Shown here in pieces: positions 63,853 through 64,000 of a stretch of 64,000 nt of DNA (positions within the stretch are counted from its first letter, which is position 1; each line of letters opens with the position of its first letter). Made by a program: the position numbers and the translations under genes. The DNA comes from Saccostrea echinata. Lineage: Eukaryota. Under the pieces are notes generated by a model, which had not been told where the DNA came from, ran no database searches, and was given only the letters and a program-made list of their open reading frames with translations. The stretch covers positions 11,656,001 through 11,720,000 of the forward strand of contig NW_026889757.1 of NCBI RefSeq assembly GCF_033153115.1, read 5' to 3'.

Positions 63853-64000
63853 GTTATTAACCAATTTTAGAGTTTAGATATTAAATGTACTACCGGTAGT
63901 ATGTGAAAAAAAAATACTGAGGATTAATAATGACAAACGTCTGTAGACTAGGATTAAATCTAGAAATGTCACTGTTACAAGAGACATATATCTGAAAAAT

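Overview
AT-rich, intron-rich animal genomic DNA with two assembly gaps. It is most likely a bivalve, probably an oyster, given the 166-168 bp Cg170-like arrays in Helentron-type elements and the tRNA-headed SINEs. I reconstructed six spliced genes by hand from GT-AG sites and reading-frame phase: the 3' end of a THEG/SPMAP2-like gene (+); NOP16 (-), head-to-head with a HIG1-domain HIGD2A-like gene (+); TBRG1 (-); a complete 16-exon meiotic cohesin REC8 (-); and the 5' end of an Ig-domain gene (+). The rest is dense with mobile DNA: a young 5'-truncated CR1/L2-group LINE, a splice-acceptor-bearing GIN/Ginger-type integrase exon, a solo LTR, a tRNA-containing mini-LTR element, several satellite-carrying Helentron-like elements, and many MITEs, including a four-level nested insertion. 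Best leads: (1) an array of 11 perfect estrogen-response-element palindromes carried by a satellite element inside a REC8 intron, plus an E2F6-type site at the REC8 start; (2) the NOP16-HIGD2A head-to-head pair also seen in human, here with a HIG1 protein that has lost its QRRQ motif; (3) the orphan integrase exon with an intact DDE triad; (4) the tRNA-bearing mini-LTR element. Family assignments come from recalled motifs, not database searches. No prokaryotic-type system (CRISPR etc.) is present.
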